This document shows positions 62,981 through 64,000 of a DNA stretch of 64,000 nt, piece after piece; the stretch's first letter is position 1; each line of letters begins with the position of its first letter. The notes below the pieces were generated by a model. It had not been told where the DNA came from. It saw nothing but the letters and a program-made list of their open reading frames with translations, and did no database searches. The stretch spans positions 62,001 through 126,000 of the forward strand of contig DLMY01000031.1 of assembly GCA_002478275.1 (NCBI GenBank), given 5' to 3'. The position numbers and the translations under genes were made by a program. The DNA is from Actinobacteria bacterium UBA7524. GTDB lineage: Bacteria > Actinomycetota > Coriobacteriia > Anaerosomatales > UBA912.

Positions 62981-63039
62981 AACGCTCACGTTCCCACCGC
63001 ACTCCGTCGTCTGCACCGTCCCCTACCACGGAGGTCCGT

Positions 63040-63666
63040 GTGGCTTCAGCAAGACTGACCCATCGCATACTGTTCGCACTGAGCGTCATCGGCGTGATGT
63101 CGACGATACTCGGTGTGTCTCTCGGTGCGGGCTCGGCCCAGAGGGTGGCCTCGGCAAGTCCCGCCTCCCGTCCGGACGGGATACTCGGCATCGGTGAGCG
63201 TACGGTACCACCGGTAGAGGTGGTGCCTGCTTCGGAGAAGCTGGTCGTGAGCGACGAGTGGACGGTTCTTGAGACAACAGCGTCCGTGCGGGCTGCCGCG
63301 CCCATCCCCAAACCGGTGGTGCGGCGACCTGCGGTTCGTTCTGCGGCTGCGAGTAGCCGGGGAAGTGCGCCGGTGGCCGGAGGTGGCTGGCAGGTCGCGC
63401 GGGCTTCCTGGTACGGGCCCGGGTTCTACGGGCGCCGTACGGCCAGCGGCGCGGTCCTGACACAGGGCATGATGAACGTCGCCCACAAATCGCTGCCGTT
63501 CGGTACGCGTATCGAGTTCGAGTTCAACGGACGATCGTGCGTGGCGGTCGTCAACGACCGCGGCCCGTTCATAGCGGGACGCGTGTTCGATCTGGGCCCC
63601 GGTACGGCTGCGGCCCTGGGCTTCGGAGGCGTGCACAACGTGCGGTACCGGATCTTGGGCAGGTAG
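63040..63666 (+). CDS. RlpA-like (DPBB) lytic transglycosylase
   Basis: ASWYGPGFYGRRTASG, AHKSLPFGT, VNDRGPF, RVFDL; N-terminal TM; GGAGG RBS. Confidence 0.92.
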   Translation: MASARLTHRILFALSVIGVMSTILGVSLGAGSAQRVASASPASRPDGILGIGERTVPPVEVVPASEKLVVSDEWTVLETTASVRAAAPIPKPVVRRPAVRSAAASSRGSAPVAGGGWQVARASWYGPGFYGRRTASGAVLTQGMMNVAHKSLPFGTRIEFEFNGRSCVAVVNDRGPFIAGRVFDLGPGTAAALGFGGVHNVRYRILGR

Positions 63667-63768
63667 CCGGGTCGCCCCTCCTTCGCGTCACCCGCTGGGA
63701 CGTGTCTCGTTTGGGGTATCTTCGTCTATGTGTGTTGTTGACTCGACCCGACCGATGGAGGTACGAAC

Positions 63769-64000
63769 ATGCCCGACGCTGACCCCAAGCTGGGAGCGGA
63801 CGAGCGCACCATCATCGACGCGGTAGCCGACCTGCTTCAGACGGTCGTCGACTGGTTGCGCGACGAGGCCGAGGCCATCGTGCGCGAGAAGGTCGTGGGG
63901 CCGCTGCAGAAGCTCGGACTGACGGTCGCAGCGGCGTCGGCCGCGGCCAGCCTCGCGGTCCTTGGGCTCGCGTTCGTAGCCGTGGGGCTGTTCATGTTGC
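63769..64000 (+). CDS. YqjE/phage-holin-like membrane protein, truncated by window end
   Basis: GGAGGT RBS, ATG 63769; amphipathic helix then hydrophobic segment; open to window end. Confidence 0.55.
   Translation, partial: MPDADPKLGADERTIIDAVADLLQTVVDWLRDEAEAIVREKVVGPLQKLGLTVAAASAAASLAVLGLAFVAVGLFML

Noticed and set aside
62700..63000. Glycine or c-di-AMP (ydaO) riboswitch
   Set aside because: Only scattered fragments (GGAGA, CCGAAG, TCTCAGG, GACAGCT), not in the consensus order and spacing

Overview
Chromosomal origin region of a high-GC, apparently monoderm bacterium. The gene content (dnaA-oriC-dnaN-recF-DUF721-gyrB-gyrA, UPF0182, PspC, CWB2 surface proteins) suggests Actinomycetota, probably Coriobacteriia-like; this is an inference. 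The window holds about 50 CDS, tRNA-Ile(GAT) and tRNA-Ala(TGC), and no recognisable integrase, transposase or CRISPR. All six N-gaps are flanked by 17-23 nt duplicated ends; collapsing them restores intact ndvB-like, nitroreductase and UPF0182 genes. Highlights missed by the ORF track: (1) a membrane-anchored rhodanese-thioredoxin fusion read through an in-frame UGA (UPAC motif) with a bacterial SECIS-like hairpin and a CsoR/CstR-type operator over its -10; (2) an adjacent ~400-nt structured non-coding RNA with its own promoter, nested end-to-end helices, a central bubble and a perfect terminator (6S/Ms1-like candidate); (3) two paralogous HEAT-repeat + HD-GYP operons in which all four proteins share one unnamed N-terminal domain, with sigma28/WhiG-like promoters nearby; (4) structured leaders upstream of a DEAD-box helicase and an RlpA-like gene; (5) a GyrA with Ala at both E. 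coli 83 and 87 equivalents; (6) a ufaM/ufaO/ufaD-like lipid-modification cluster.
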